A DNA stretch of 64,000 nt from Pirellulaceae bacterium (GTDB lineage: Bacteria; Planctomycetota; Planctomycetia; Pirellulales; Pirellulaceae): NCBI GenBank assembly GCA_041741195.1, contig JBGSKM010000032.1, positions 29,764 to 93,763 on the forward strand. Reading direction: 5' to 3'. A model generated the notes under the pieces. The model was given only the letters and a program-made list of their open reading frames with translations, did not search any database and was not told the origin of the DNA. The position numbers and the translations under genes are program-made. This document shows, piece after piece, positions 27,040 to 36,419 of this stretch. Position 1 is the first letter of the stretch, and every line of letters begins with the position of its first letter.

Positions 27040-27627
27040 ATGACCACGAAAACGGTCTTTACGACAGGCGAAGCCGCCAAAATTTGTAAGGTAAGTCAAC
27101 AGACGATCATTCGTTGTTTCGACAACGGTTCGTTGAAGGGCTTCCGAGTTCCGGGAAGCAAATTCCGTCGGATTCCGCGAGAACAGCTTTACATGTTCAT
27201 GCGCGACAATGGAATTCCAACGGACGCTCTGGAGAGTGGCAAAAAGAAGCTCTTGATCGTCGATGACGACCAGGACCTCGTCGAGTTGATGAGCGAAGGC
27301 TTTCAGCGAGACGGTCGGTTTGATATTCGAACCGCCAACAATGGCTTTGATGCCGGGATGGGCGTGAAAGAATTTCGACCGGATCTCGTTGTCCTCGACG
27401 TGATGCTTCCGGATATCAATGGCAAGGAAGTTTGCCAACGGGTGCGAAGCGATCCGGCGCTCGATATGGTCAAGATCCTCTGCATCTCTGGGATGGTGGA
27501 GCACAGCAAGGTCGACGCCCTTCGCGCGGCTGGCGCGAACGATTTCATGCAAAAACCTTTCGCGGTCGATGATTTGATCAACCGCGCTTGCGACTTGTTG
27601 GAAATTGAACGAAGCGTGATCGGTTGA
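27040..27627 (+). CDS. Response regulator with N-terminal excisionase/MerR-type HTH and C-terminal receiver domain
   Basis: HTH_17-like TTGEAAKICKVSQQTIIRCFDNGSLKGFRVPGSKFRRIPREQL, then a receiver domain (KKLLIVDDDQDL, VVLDVMLPDINGKEV). Alternative in-frame starts at 27001 and 27028. Confidence 0.85.
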   Translation: MTTKTVFTTGEAAKICKVSQQTIIRCFDNGSLKGFRVPGSKFRRIPREQLYMFMRDNGIPTDALESGKKKLLIVDDDQDLVELMSEGFQRDGRFDIRTANNGFDAGMGVKEFRPDLVVLDVMLPDINGKEVCQRVRSDPALDMVKILCISGMVEHSKVDALRAAGANDFMQKPFAVDDLINRACDLLEIERSVIG

Positions 27628-27682
27628 TCGGACCTGGATCAGTGTCCGTGTTGTCCCAGTTTATCGCTCAGGTAATTTCGAA

Positions 27683-28942
27683 TTGGCGGGAGAGCCGAGC
27701 GTGATCGGATGGTTGCCGTGTTTGAAATGGGAGAGTGACCGCTGGTGGTTGCCTCTCTCGGCGGAATCCGCGCACGCGCTGAGCCTGGGTTTAATCGAAT
27801 CGAATCCGAACCGTCCCGCCAAGCCCATGGTGAAGCAGTGGCTGATGTCGGCGGTTCGCCAAGACCCATCGCTGGCCATTTACGCCGCGCTGCACCAGCA
27901 CGATGAGGAAACGTCTCCCGAGCAATTGGCCGATTGGCTTTCGACCTACGCCATCGCCGATTTTGCTTTGGGTGATGCGTCGCTGGGTTGTCCCGAAGTC
28001 GATGCTCGTATGCAATCTCGTTGGCGTGAGTTGAACGCTTACTTTCACACGTTGCCGTTTCATCGTTGGATGGACGAGGCGTCTCTCTACTTGCAGGTGT
28101 GTGGTCCGCCCGTCCCACAATCGTGGCGGCAACAATGGCCACGCTTGGCCAAAGAGGACGATGAATTCGATGAGTTTCCGGCGGAGGACCCCGGGTTGGC
28201 GCCCAGCCCGTTTCTGGAGCAATTGGCCCGGCAGCGCCGACACCTCCACTCGCTGGAGTCTTCGTTTTCAGCTGAACTCCAGCGGTCCAAACTGGATGCC
28301 GTCAAGCAACTCGCGTACGGGCTGAGTCACGAGATCAACAATCCGCTCGCGAATGTCTCCACGCGCGCCCAGCAATTGCAGCGAGGCGAGTCGGATCCCA
28401 GTCGCGTGGCGATCTTGCAGCGAATCGTCGAGCAGACGTATCGAGCGCACGAGATGATTGCGGATTTGATGTTCTACGCGAATCCGCCTGCGACGCATCC
28501 CGTCACTACGGACTTGCGATCGACGGTCCAGCGAGTCGTCGATAGTTTTGCTGAGCAAGCCCAGCGGCACACGGTGCGTCTGAAGCTTGATTTACCCGCT
28601 CAAGCGGCCATGGCGACGGTGGACGATACGATGATCGGTGAGGGAATCCGAGCTCTGGTCCGAAATGCAATCGAAGCGATCGGATGCGAGGGGACCATTG
28701 TGATCTCGATTGTCCCATCGGACCTGATGTGGCTGATTCACGTCGCCGACAGCGGCCCAGGCGTCTCTGAGGAAGCACGTCGTCACGCCTTTGATCCGTA
28801 CTACAGTGGCCGTGAAGCCGGGCGTGGATTGGGGCTGGGGCTCTGTCGGGCGTATCGAATCGCGAGACTTCACGAGGGTGACATTCAACTCGCCGGCGGT
28901 CCCGCGGGCTGTGTCGTCACGCTTTCAGTCCCCAACGCCTGA
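27683..28942 (+). CDS. Soluble sensor histidine kinase (HisKA + HATPase_c) with an unassigned ~200-aa N-terminal domain
   Basis: H-box LSHEINNPLANV. N/G boxes NAIEA..., DSGPGVSEE and GRGLGLGLCRAY. No TM segment. TTG start is uncertain; GTG at 27701 is an alternative. Confidence 0.85.
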   Translation: MAGEPSVIGWLPCLKWESDRWWLPLSAESAHALSLGLIESNPNRPAKPMVKQWLMSAVRQDPSLAIYAALHQHDEETSPEQLADWLSTYAIADFALGDASLGCPEVDARMQSRWRELNAYFHTLPFHRWMDEASLYLQVCGPPVPQSWRQQWPRLAKEDDEFDEFPAEDPGLAPSPFLEQLARQRRHLHSLESSFSAELQRSKLDAVKQLAYGLSHEINNPLANVSTRAQQLQRGESDPSRVAILQRIVEQTYRAHEMIADLMFYANPPATHPVTTDLRSTVQRVVDSFAEQAQRHTVRLKLDLPAQAAMATVDDTMIGEGIRALVRNAIEAIGCEGTIVISIVPSDLMWLIHVADSGPGVSEEARRHAFDPYYSGREAGRGLGLGLCRAYRIARLHEGDIQLAGGPAGCVVTLSVPNA

Positions 28943-28951
28943 GACTTTTTG

Positions 28952-28993
28952 TCCCCTCTCCCCAGTCTCTGGAGGGCGAGTTAGGGTGAGGGG
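28952..28993. repeat. GC-rich palindromic intergenic element (CCCCTC...GGAGGGCGAGTTAGGGTGAGGGG)
   Basis: CCCCTC (28953-28958) pairs with GAGGGG (28888+200 register: 28988-28993), and there is an inner CCAG/CTGG pair. It resembles the widespread GGGAGAGGG-TTAGGGTGAGGG-type intergenic repeat. Only a single copy is seen in this window. Confidence 0.3.
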
Positions 28994-29051
28994 CTAGCCA
29001 AGCGAACAACGATTACTTGGCAATCCGAACGACCCGGTCAAGATCTTCCCC

Positions 29052-30545
29052 ATGCTCGATTCCGCCCACGAAATTCTCCGGCTGCAAGCTAGCGGCGGTG
29101 CGTCCGCCAGTGAAATTGTCCAACAATCGCTCGCTCGCATTGATGCGGTCCAGTCGACGCTCAACCCCTTCACACATGTCGCCCGGGAATCTGCATTGGC
29201 TCAAGCTGAGCGAGTGGACGCTCGGCGACGTGCGGGCGAATCCCTTGGGCCGCTTGCCGGAGTGCCGGTCGCGGTGAAAGACGTCCTCTGCACGGCCGAC
29301 ATGCCGACGACGTGCTCGTCGCGAATGCTGCAGAATTTTCGTCCGCCCTACGATGCAACCGTGGTCGCCAAATTGCGAGCCGCTGATGCCGTGATCATTG
29401 CGAAGACGAACATGGATGAATTCGCGATGGGCGGTAGCACGGAAACCAGTGCCTTTGGGGTGACGCGAAATCCTTGGGACACGAACAAGACTCCGGGCGG
29501 CTCCAGCGGCGGTGCTGCCGCATGTGTCGCGGCGGGATGTGTGCCATTGAGCGTTGGCACGGATACCGGCGGTTCGATCCGCCAGCCCGCGGCATTTTGT
29601 GGAATCACCGGGTTAAAGCCGACATACGGGCGAGTCAGTCGCTATGGATTGATCGCCTTTGCCAGCAGTCTAGACCAAGCGGGCCCGATGGCTTGGTCGG
29701 CAGAGGACGCTGCGTTGCTGCTCCAGGTGATGGCCGGTTTCGAGCCACGAGACTCGACCTCGCTGGATCGTGAAGTGCCGGACTACATCGCCGCGACCAA
29801 GGATCGCGACGTGCGGGGAATAACCATCGGAGTCGTTCGCGATTCGCTCGATAGTGAGGGTCTGGAGGAGCAACAACGAGGAGCAGTCCTCGAAGCGATC
29901 GACGTCTATCGAGATCTCGGCGCGAAAATCGTCGACGTCGAATTGCCCCACAACCAATACTCCGTGCCGACCTACTATGTGATCGCGCCCTGCGAAGCCA
30001 GTAGTAATTTGTCGCGATACGATGGTGCCCATTATGGATACCGGGCGGCCAACATTGATTCCACCAGCCCCCTCGGTCCACTCGCGGCGACGTATTGCTC
30101 CAGCCGTGAAGAAGGTTTTGGCGCGGAAGTCAAACGCCGGATCATGATCGGCACCTACGCGCTCAGCACCGGTTACTACGAAGCGTACTACAACAAAGCG
30201 TTGAAGGTGCGACGGCTCATCCGGGGTGATTTCGTTGCTGCCTTTTCACGTGTCGATCTTTTGCTCGGACCGGTCACACCGACGTCGGCGTTTGATCTTG
30301 GGGCCAAGATTGATGACCCGATTCAAATGTACCTAGGCGACCTTTTCACCGTCGGCGCTAACTTGGCCGGAATCCCCGCGATTTCGATTCCCGCCGGCCA
30401 TGATGAATGCGGTCTTCCCATCGGTGTCCAGCTCCAAGCACCCGCGCTCGGCGAGCCGCGACTACTCAGCACTGCGAACGCGTTCCAGCAAGCCACCAAG
30501 CACCACACCCTCCGGCCTCAACCGATTTTCGGGGCCGCGCGATGA
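29052..30545 (+). CDS. gatA: Asp-tRNA(Asn)/Glu-tRNA(Gln) amidotransferase subunit A
   Basis: Amidase signature GGSSGGAAACVAAG...GTDTGGSIRQPA. GatA-typical N-terminus LAGVPVAVKDV. Confidence 0.95.
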   Translation: MLDSAHEILRLQASGGASASEIVQQSLARIDAVQSTLNPFTHVARESALAQAERVDARRRAGESLGPLAGVPVAVKDVLCTADMPTTCSSRMLQNFRPPYDATVVAKLRAADAVIIAKTNMDEFAMGGSTETSAFGVTRNPWDTNKTPGGSSGGAAACVAAGCVPLSVGTDTGGSIRQPAAFCGITGLKPTYGRVSRYGLIAFASSLDQAGPMAWSAEDAALLLQVMAGFEPRDSTSLDREVPDYIAATKDRDVRGITIGVVRDSLDSEGLEEQQRGAVLEAIDVYRDLGAKIVDVELPHNQYSVPTYYVIAPCEASSNLSRYDGAHYGYRAANIDSTSPLGPLAATYCSSREEGFGAEVKRRIMIGTYALSTGYYEAYYNKALKVRRLIRGDFVAAFSRVDLLLGPVTPTSAFDLGAKIDDPIQMYLGDLFTVGANLAGIPAISIPAGHDECGLPIGVQLQAPALGEPRLLSTANAFQQATKHHTLRPQPIFGAAR

Positions 30546-32023
30546 ACATGACCCAGCATTCCTACACCACCATCATTGGTCTCGAAGTCCACGTTCAACT
30601 CAAAACTAAGAGCAAGTTGTTTTGCGGTTGCAGCACTACCTACGGTGCACCTCCCAACACGAACGTGTGTCCCGTGTGCCTGGGACTTCCGGGGGCGTTG
30701 CCCGTGCTCAATGAGGAAGCGATCAACCTCGCGATTCGCACCGGGTTAGCGATTCATTGCAGCATCCCACCGCTGACCAAGTGGGACCGAAAACAATACT
30801 TCTATCCCGATTTGCCCAAGGGCTACCAAATCAGCCAATTCGATTTGCCAATTTGTGCGGATGGGGCACTCGACATTCGCGACCCCGCCGACCCTGAATC
30901 GACACGCCGCATCGGTATCATCCGTGCTCACCTGGAAGAGGACGCGGGCAAAAGCATGCACGACGAAACCGCGGGAATCGCGGAATCACGTATCGATCTG
31001 AATCGATGCGGTACGCCCTTGTTGGAAATCGTTAGCCAACCGGATATGCGTTCGGCTGCCGAGGCCAAGGAGTATCTTACGCAATTGAAACTGTTGCTCA
31101 CGCACCTTGACGTTTCCGATTGTGAGATGCAGGAAGGCAGCCTTCGCGTCGATGCCAACGTGAATTTGCACATCGATGTGGATGGTAAAGTCGCCAAGAC
31201 ACCGATCGTTGAGATCAAGAACATGAACAGCTTTCGCGCGGTTGAACGCGCGATCGAGTACGAGACCCAACGTCAATACTTGGATTGGACCGAAACCGGT
31301 GCCACCATCAATGACAATCCTAAAACGACTCGCGGCTGGGACGACGCCAAGGAGCAAACGTTTAAACAGCGAGAGAAAGAGGAGTCCGCGGACTATCGAT
31401 ACTTTCCCGATCCCGATTTACTTCCCGTGAGAATTCCGCAATCTTGCGTCGACGCCATTCGTGATAGCCTAGGCGAATTGCCGTCTCAGACGCGTGATCG
31501 TTTGCAATCGCAGTACGATATTAAACCCTACGATTCGGATGTGATCGTCAACCAAGGCCGTGCGATGATCACCTACTTTGAAACGGTGGCTCAGTCCGCT
31601 GGTGATGGGCGTCGCGCCAGCTCTTGGATTCAACAGGACGTGATGCGGACCATGAAAGAACGCGGCTGCGACATTGTCGCGTTCCCCATCGATGCGAACG
31701 TGCTCGGCGAACTTCTGCAACGAGTTTCCGCCAACCAAATTGATAATGCGCGAGCACGAGACGTGTTTGTGTATCTGCTCGATCACCCCAGTTCGTCGGT
31801 CGATGATGCCACCGACGCACTCGGGATCAAAGCCGTTGACACAAGCGAGATCGAATCGCTTTGCGACGAACTTCTTGCCGCGAACCCGCAGGTGATCGAA
31901 GACGTCCGGGGTGGCAAGATGCAAGCCCTCGGTATGCTCATAGGCCAAGCCAAAAAGAAGAATCCGAACGCCAATCCTCAACTCGTTCGCGAAACGTTGC
32001 TGTCCAAAATTAACGCGGGATGA
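30542..32023 (+). CDS. gatB: Asp-tRNA(Asn)/Glu-tRNA(Gln) amidotransferase subunit B
   Basis: The ATG at 30542 overlaps the gatA stop (ATGA). YTTIIGLEVHVQL, CPVCLGLPGALP, FDLNRCGTPLLEIVS-like motifs and a C-terminal GatB/YqeY domain. Confidence 0.95.
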   Translation: MNMTQHSYTTIIGLEVHVQLKTKSKLFCGCSTTYGAPPNTNVCPVCLGLPGALPVLNEEAINLAIRTGLAIHCSIPPLTKWDRKQYFYPDLPKGYQISQFDLPICADGALDIRDPADPESTRRIGIIRAHLEEDAGKSMHDETAGIAESRIDLNRCGTPLLEIVSQPDMRSAAEAKEYLTQLKLLLTHLDVSDCEMQEGSLRVDANVNLHIDVDGKVAKTPIVEIKNMNSFRAVERAIEYETQRQYLDWTETGATINDNPKTTRGWDDAKEQTFKQREKEESADYRYFPDPDLLPVRIPQSCVDAIRDSLGELPSQTRDRLQSQYDIKPYDSDVIVNQGRAMITYFETVAQSAGDGRRASSWIQQDVMRTMKERGCDIVAFPIDANVLGELLQRVSANQIDNARARDVFVYLLDHPSSSVDDATDALGIKAVDTSEIESLCDELLAANPQVIEDVRGGKMQALGMLIGQAKKKNPNANPQLVRETLLSKINAG

Positions 32024-32104
32024 TTTCGAACAAGTAGGCTTCCCGTTGGCGAACGCGGCAACGACTCCCGGTTGGTAGAATATTGTCCGGATTGACAGTT
32101 TCTA

Positions 32105-33664
32105 ATGGCGAAGTTCGACGATATGCACATCTCCCCACGATTGATCCATTTCATCGCCTGCGGGCTTCTGGTTGGGTTTTGGAGCCCGATGGTTTTCTCG
32201 CAAAATGTGCGCTCGTCGCTTCCCGAAGCGACCGCCGAACGCTTGCCCCGATGGCGTGGATTCAATTTGCTGGAAAAATTCCATGTCCAGTGGAGCAATG
32301 GCCCGTATCGCGAGAGCGATTTTAAGCTGATTCACGAGCTGGGTTTTAATTTTGTTCGTCTACCGATGGACTATCGAATTTGGATCAAGGACGGCGATTG
32401 GAACCAGTTCGACGAAGAACAGCTTGAGCAGATTGACCAAGCGGTCCATTGGGGCCAACAGTACGGGATCCATGTCTGTTTGAATTTTCATCGTGCCCCC
32501 GGATACACGGTGAATTCGCCCAAGGAACCGACGGACCTATGGAGCGATGAAGCGACTCAACAGGTGTGCGCGAAACATTGGTCGACATTTGCGCGTCGAT
32601 ATCGCGACGTACCCAATCGAAACTTGAGTTTCAACTTATTCAATGAACCGCCTGACGAAGCGGGTGAGGCGTTCATCTCGGTCACAGAAAAAATGGTTAC
32701 CGCGATTCGTCGCGAAGATCCCAAACGATTAATCATTTCCGATGGGTTGAATTGGGGGCAACGGCCTGTGCCCGAACTCAAACGTCTGGGAATTGCCCAA
32801 GCGACACGTGGATATGCACCGTTCGACGTTACGCACTATCTCGCTAGCTGGGTGGATGGGGCCGATCGGTTCCCGGTTCCCGCTTGGCCTCGTCCCGTCG
32901 CGCACGGAGTCATTTATGCACCGGACAAGTCGGGTTTAACCGCTGAACATCGCTTGCCACTGAGCATTCACGGTTCGTTTTCGGCGGCGACTCAGATGCG
33001 TTTCAAAGTGGATACGGTTTCCACGAAAGCGGACTTCGTTGTGATGGCTGATGGTAAACCCATTTTCGAGAAACTATTTACCCCGGGCCCAGGCGCCGGA
33101 GAATGGAAAACCGCGAACTATCTGTCGGAGTGGAACACTTATCAAAACGTTTACGATCGCAGTTACAGCGCAACCATCCCGGTGGGAACGAAGCGGCTCG
33201 AACTAAAGGTCAGGGACGGCGACTGGATATCCATCAGTGAAATCGCGTTTGCAAGTCGCGATCGAGCTGAAGATAAGCTGGAATTGAGTTTGGAGTGGGG
33301 CAAGCCACCGGCCCGCGTGCAGTACGATCCGGCAAAAACGGAGTCGCCTTTTCAAACGTCCCCGATGCAAGGTCGCCAGTGGCTTTGGGAAACAACGGTG
33401 TTGCCTTGGGTCACGGCAAAGGAAAGCGGTATAGGCGTTCTGGTGGGCGAGTTCGGCTGCTATCGCCAGACGCCTCACACGGTCACGCTCGCATGGATGG
33501 AAGACTGTTTAGCCAATTGGCAGCGAGCGGAAATAGGATGGTCGCTTTGGAACTTTCGCGGCGATTTTGGCGTGCTGGATAGTCATCGAAGCGACGTCCA
33601 GTACGAAGACTTTCATGGTCACCAGCTTGATCGACAAATGCTCGACTTGCTAATGAAGTACTAA
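32105..33664 (+). CDS. Glycoside hydrolase family 5 with a ~120-aa insertion between the acid/base and nucleophile strands
   Basis: Signal-like N-terminus. FNFVRLPMDY, NFHRAPGY, FNLFNEP (acid/base Glu, aa 181), THY, and VGEFGC (nucleophile Glu, aa 449). Confidence 0.85.
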   Translation: MAKFDDMHISPRLIHFIACGLLVGFWSPMVFSQNVRSSLPEATAERLPRWRGFNLLEKFHVQWSNGPYRESDFKLIHELGFNFVRLPMDYRIWIKDGDWNQFDEEQLEQIDQAVHWGQQYGIHVCLNFHRAPGYTVNSPKEPTDLWSDEATQQVCAKHWSTFARRYRDVPNRNLSFNLFNEPPDEAGEAFISVTEKMVTAIRREDPKRLIISDGLNWGQRPVPELKRLGIAQATRGYAPFDVTHYLASWVDGADRFPVPAWPRPVAHGVIYAPDKSGLTAEHRLPLSIHGSFSAATQMRFKVDTVSTKADFVVMADGKPIFEKLFTPGPGAGEWKTANYLSEWNTYQNVYDRSYSATIPVGTKRLELKVRDGDWISISEIAFASRDRAEDKLELSLEWGKPPARVQYDPAKTESPFQTSPMQGRQWLWETTVLPWVTAKESGIGVLVGEFGCYRQTPHTVTLAWMEDCLANWQRAEIGWSLWNFRGDFGVLDSHRSDVQYEDFHGHQLDRQMLDLLMKY

Positions 33665-33740
33665 GCTCTCGCAACTTGCACAGGGACATCCACGCTGCCC
33701 GCCTATCCAGACACCATGCACTTTGGGTTTTAAATATCAG

Positions 33741-35027
33741 ATGATGAGTCGACTTTCGTTAGCCTTGCTTGTTTTTGCCTTATTGAGTGTTCAGTCCCTT
33801 GCCTGGTCGAACAAAGCGAGTGATATGAATCTGGCTCGCCAGTGCCGATCATTGCTTGAAACTTCCATTCTCGACTTTTATTTGCCTAACAGTATCGATC
33901 GCAAGCATGGTGGCTACTTGGAGGAACTTAATTCGCAAGGCGAATTTACGTGCGAAGAAAAATTCCTGACACTTCAAGCTCGGCAAATTTGGTTCTTAAG
34001 TGCGATGGCAAACGCGGGGATCCGACGCGACGACACATTGGCAGCCGCAAGGAATGGTTACGAGTTTTTGCGTCGGCATTTCTATGATTCAGGCAATGGT
34101 GGCTATTTCACCAAAGTGAAGCGAGACGGTACTCCCTCGGATCGGCGGAAGCACGTCTATCCGCTTTCATTCGTGATCTATGCGCTGGTTGAATTTGCTC
34201 GAGCCAGTGGTGAGCAGCAACCGCTCGATTCTGCGATGGAACTTTTTAACGCTTTGGAGTCGCATTGTTACGATCGACAGCATGGGGGTTACCATGAATT
34301 CTTTGAGGACGATTGGAAGCCAGTTCAGGATCCCAATGCCGCCGGATATGTCGGTGCCATTGGTACGAAGACTTACAATTCGCATCTGCATTTGATGGAG
34401 GCAATGACGCCGCTTTACTTGGCTACCCGAGACGATCGAGTGCGTCAGAGGCTTGCCGAGTTGGTCCAGATTATTACCGTCTCCGTTCGCTTTCCGCATC
34501 ATCCTTGCAACGTCGATGCCTGGAAACCCGATTGGTCGATGGTCGACACTCCGCAAAACTTGCGAGCCAGTTATGGGCATGATGTGGAATGTGTCTGGTT
34601 GACTTTGGAAGCGACCAAAGCGCTTGGGCGTCCCAGCGGTTCGCTCAGCAATTGGGCCAGATCGCTCGCCGATAATGCTTTGGAGTTCGGATTTGACGAG
34701 CGGCACGGTGGTTTCTTTTACACCGGGCCCATCGGCCAGTCCAGCGATGACCGAAAGAAAGAATGGTGGACCCAGGCCGAAGCGATGGTGGGAATGCTGA
34801 CGATGAACCGGTTGACTTCTGATCAACGTTATCGAGACGCGTTCGATCGCACCTTCTCGTTCGTTGCGGAGCACCAGATCAGTGACCGCGGCGGATGGTG
34901 GGCGACGGTGCAAGAGAATGGCACGCCGAGTGAATCCGGAAGCCGAACCAGTATGTGGCATGGGGCTTATCACAATGGCCGCGCACTACTTCTGTGCGAG
35001 CGGTTGTTGAGTAAGGTCCCGAATTAA
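33741..35027 (+). CDS. N-acylglucosamine 2-epimerase (AGE) superfamily protein (cellobiose/mannobiose 2-epimerase-like) with a signal peptide
   Basis: Repeated (alpha/alpha)6 motifs: HGGYLEEL, GGYFTKV, HGGYHEFF, NSHLHLMEAM, YGHDVECVWL, HGGFFYTG, KEWWTQAEAMVG. N-terminus MMSRLSLALLVFALLSVQSLA. Confidence 0.85.
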   Translation: MMSRLSLALLVFALLSVQSLAWSNKASDMNLARQCRSLLETSILDFYLPNSIDRKHGGYLEELNSQGEFTCEEKFLTLQARQIWFLSAMANAGIRRDDTLAAARNGYEFLRRHFYDSGNGGYFTKVKRDGTPSDRRKHVYPLSFVIYALVEFARASGEQQPLDSAMELFNALESHCYDRQHGGYHEFFEDDWKPVQDPNAAGYVGAIGTKTYNSHLHLMEAMTPLYLATRDDRVRQRLAELVQIITVSVRFPHHPCNVDAWKPDWSMVDTPQNLRASYGHDVECVWLTLEATKALGRPSGSLSNWARSLADNALEFGFDERHGGFFYTGPIGQSSDDRKKEWWTQAEAMVGMLTMNRLTSDQRYRDAFDRTFSFVAEHQISDRGGWWATVQENGTPSESGSRTSMWHGAYHNGRALLLCERLLSKVPN

Positions 35028-35067
35028 AACCACTAGGGCTCGCGGATCGGGAGAGGGTCAAGTCGAC

Positions 35068-35574
35068 ATGACACGGAGTTACTTCCTGTACGGAATCTAC
35101 ACGTTGGTGGCCGTTTACGCCGCTTGGATTTTGCTCATGCCATGGGTGCCAGCGATCGCGGATGCGTCCATGAGGCGATTCCATCTCTCCTCGAGTTCCT
35201 TTGGCGTTTGGGCGATTCAGCAGCCGATTCCTGCGATGTACAACTTTGCGAATACGTACGAAATTCGTCAGTGGCCGCGTATCGTCTCGGAAGATCTTGG
35301 CGTCACACCGCTAATCGCAGTCTCTCCGCTGGATGGCTTGCCCGCGGTGGGCGCGACCGATTTCGGCATCTTGCATCATGACTACATCAATCATTTTCCG
35401 TCGCGATGTTATACATTCTCGGCCCAGCGAATTTATTGCTGCGGGAGTCACCAGGATCGCTGGATCGTGACGGTGTCGAACTATCGGGGACGAAGCATTG
35501 AAACACTCACCGAACTCAAGTCGGTCGGTTCGGGTGAATTCGAAGTGACTCGCACGGACGTTTCACCCCATTGA
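35068..35574 (+). CDS. Hypothetical N-terminally anchored protein
   Basis: One N-terminal TM (YFLYGIYTLVAVYAAWILLM) followed by a ~135-aa domain of unknown family. The stop overlaps the next start (TTGA at 35571-35574). Confidence 0.55.
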   Translation: MTRSYFLYGIYTLVAVYAAWILLMPWVPAIADASMRRFHLSSSSFGVWAIQQPIPAMYNFANTYEIRQWPRIVSEDLGVTPLIAVSPLDGLPAVGATDFGILHHDYINHFPSRCYTFSAQRIYCCGSHQDRWIVTVSNYRGRSIETLTELKSVGSGEFEVTRTDVSPH

Positions 35575-36419
35575 ACTCTTCGAAAGCACCCTACGCCGAT
35601 CACCTCGCGAGACGTTTGGTCAACTGCCAACGCCTCGTTCAGTGCTGTATCGTTGTGGGGCTCGTCTGGAAGATCCAGTTTTTTTGGTGGTCGGACAGGG
35701 TGTACTTCGACTATCGCCTGCGTGACCCTTTTTTTCCCGATTGGCTCGAATCACCATGGACTTTGCGTATCGCGTTTGTCGCTGCGGTGATGTGCGGCGT
35801 AGGCGCTGCAGCGACGACGACGCGGTTGGTGTTGACTGCTCTGACCGGTGTCGAACTTGTCGCTCTCAGCGTGTTGCTCGTTCATCAAGGTAGCTATAAC
35901 GACATGACATTTTTGACGTCATGGTGGACTTCGCTGTGGTGTTTGTGGCTTTGTTCCCAGTTGGACAGAAATGCTTCTGCGATTACGGCATCGCGTGGCG
36001 CCAGACTCGCGAGCGTGGTTTTGTCACTGATCATGCTGGGTGCGGCCGCCGGTAAATGGACGAGTGAGTACTGGTCGGGTAATGTGCTCTACGAAATCTA
36101 TTTTCGCGACCGACAGTTCTGGCTATTCGATTTCCTTCGCGAGCGATTGGGAGAAGCCGAACTCAAGCAATTTTCTATGGTCCATAGCCGCACGGTGATT
36201 GTCGTAGAAACCATTGCTGGCATGATGCTATGGTGCATACCAACTCGATTAAGCGGTTGGATCGGATTGATGCTGATGCTGCTGATTCCGATCACTAACA
36301 ATTGGCTGTTGTTCTCGGTGACGATGAGTTTGATTGGTTTGTCCTGGGCTGCAATAAGGCTTTCGCCGACACCGACGCATCGCACCGTCGTGTCGCTTTC
36401 CGAGCGTCGTGCTTCATGA
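35571..36419 (+). CDS. Polytopic membrane protein, HTTM-like (tentative)
   Basis: About 7 hydrophobic helices. The segment LLVHQGSYNDMTFLTSWW resembles the HTTM (vitamin K carboxylase-related) core. TTG start. The stop overlaps the next start (ATGA at 36416-36419). Confidence 0.5.
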   Translation: MNSSKAPYADHLARRLVNCQRLVQCCIVVGLVWKIQFFWWSDRVYFDYRLRDPFFPDWLESPWTLRIAFVAAVMCGVGAAATTTRLVLTALTGVELVALSVLLVHQGSYNDMTFLTSWWTSLWCLWLCSQLDRNASAITASRGARLASVVLSLIMLGAAAGKWTSEYWSGNVLYEIYFRDRQFWLFDFLRERLGEAELKQFSMVHSRTVIVVETIAGMMLWCIPTRLSGWIGLMLMLLIPITNNWLLFSVTMSLIGLSWAAIRLSPTPTHRTVVSLSERRAS

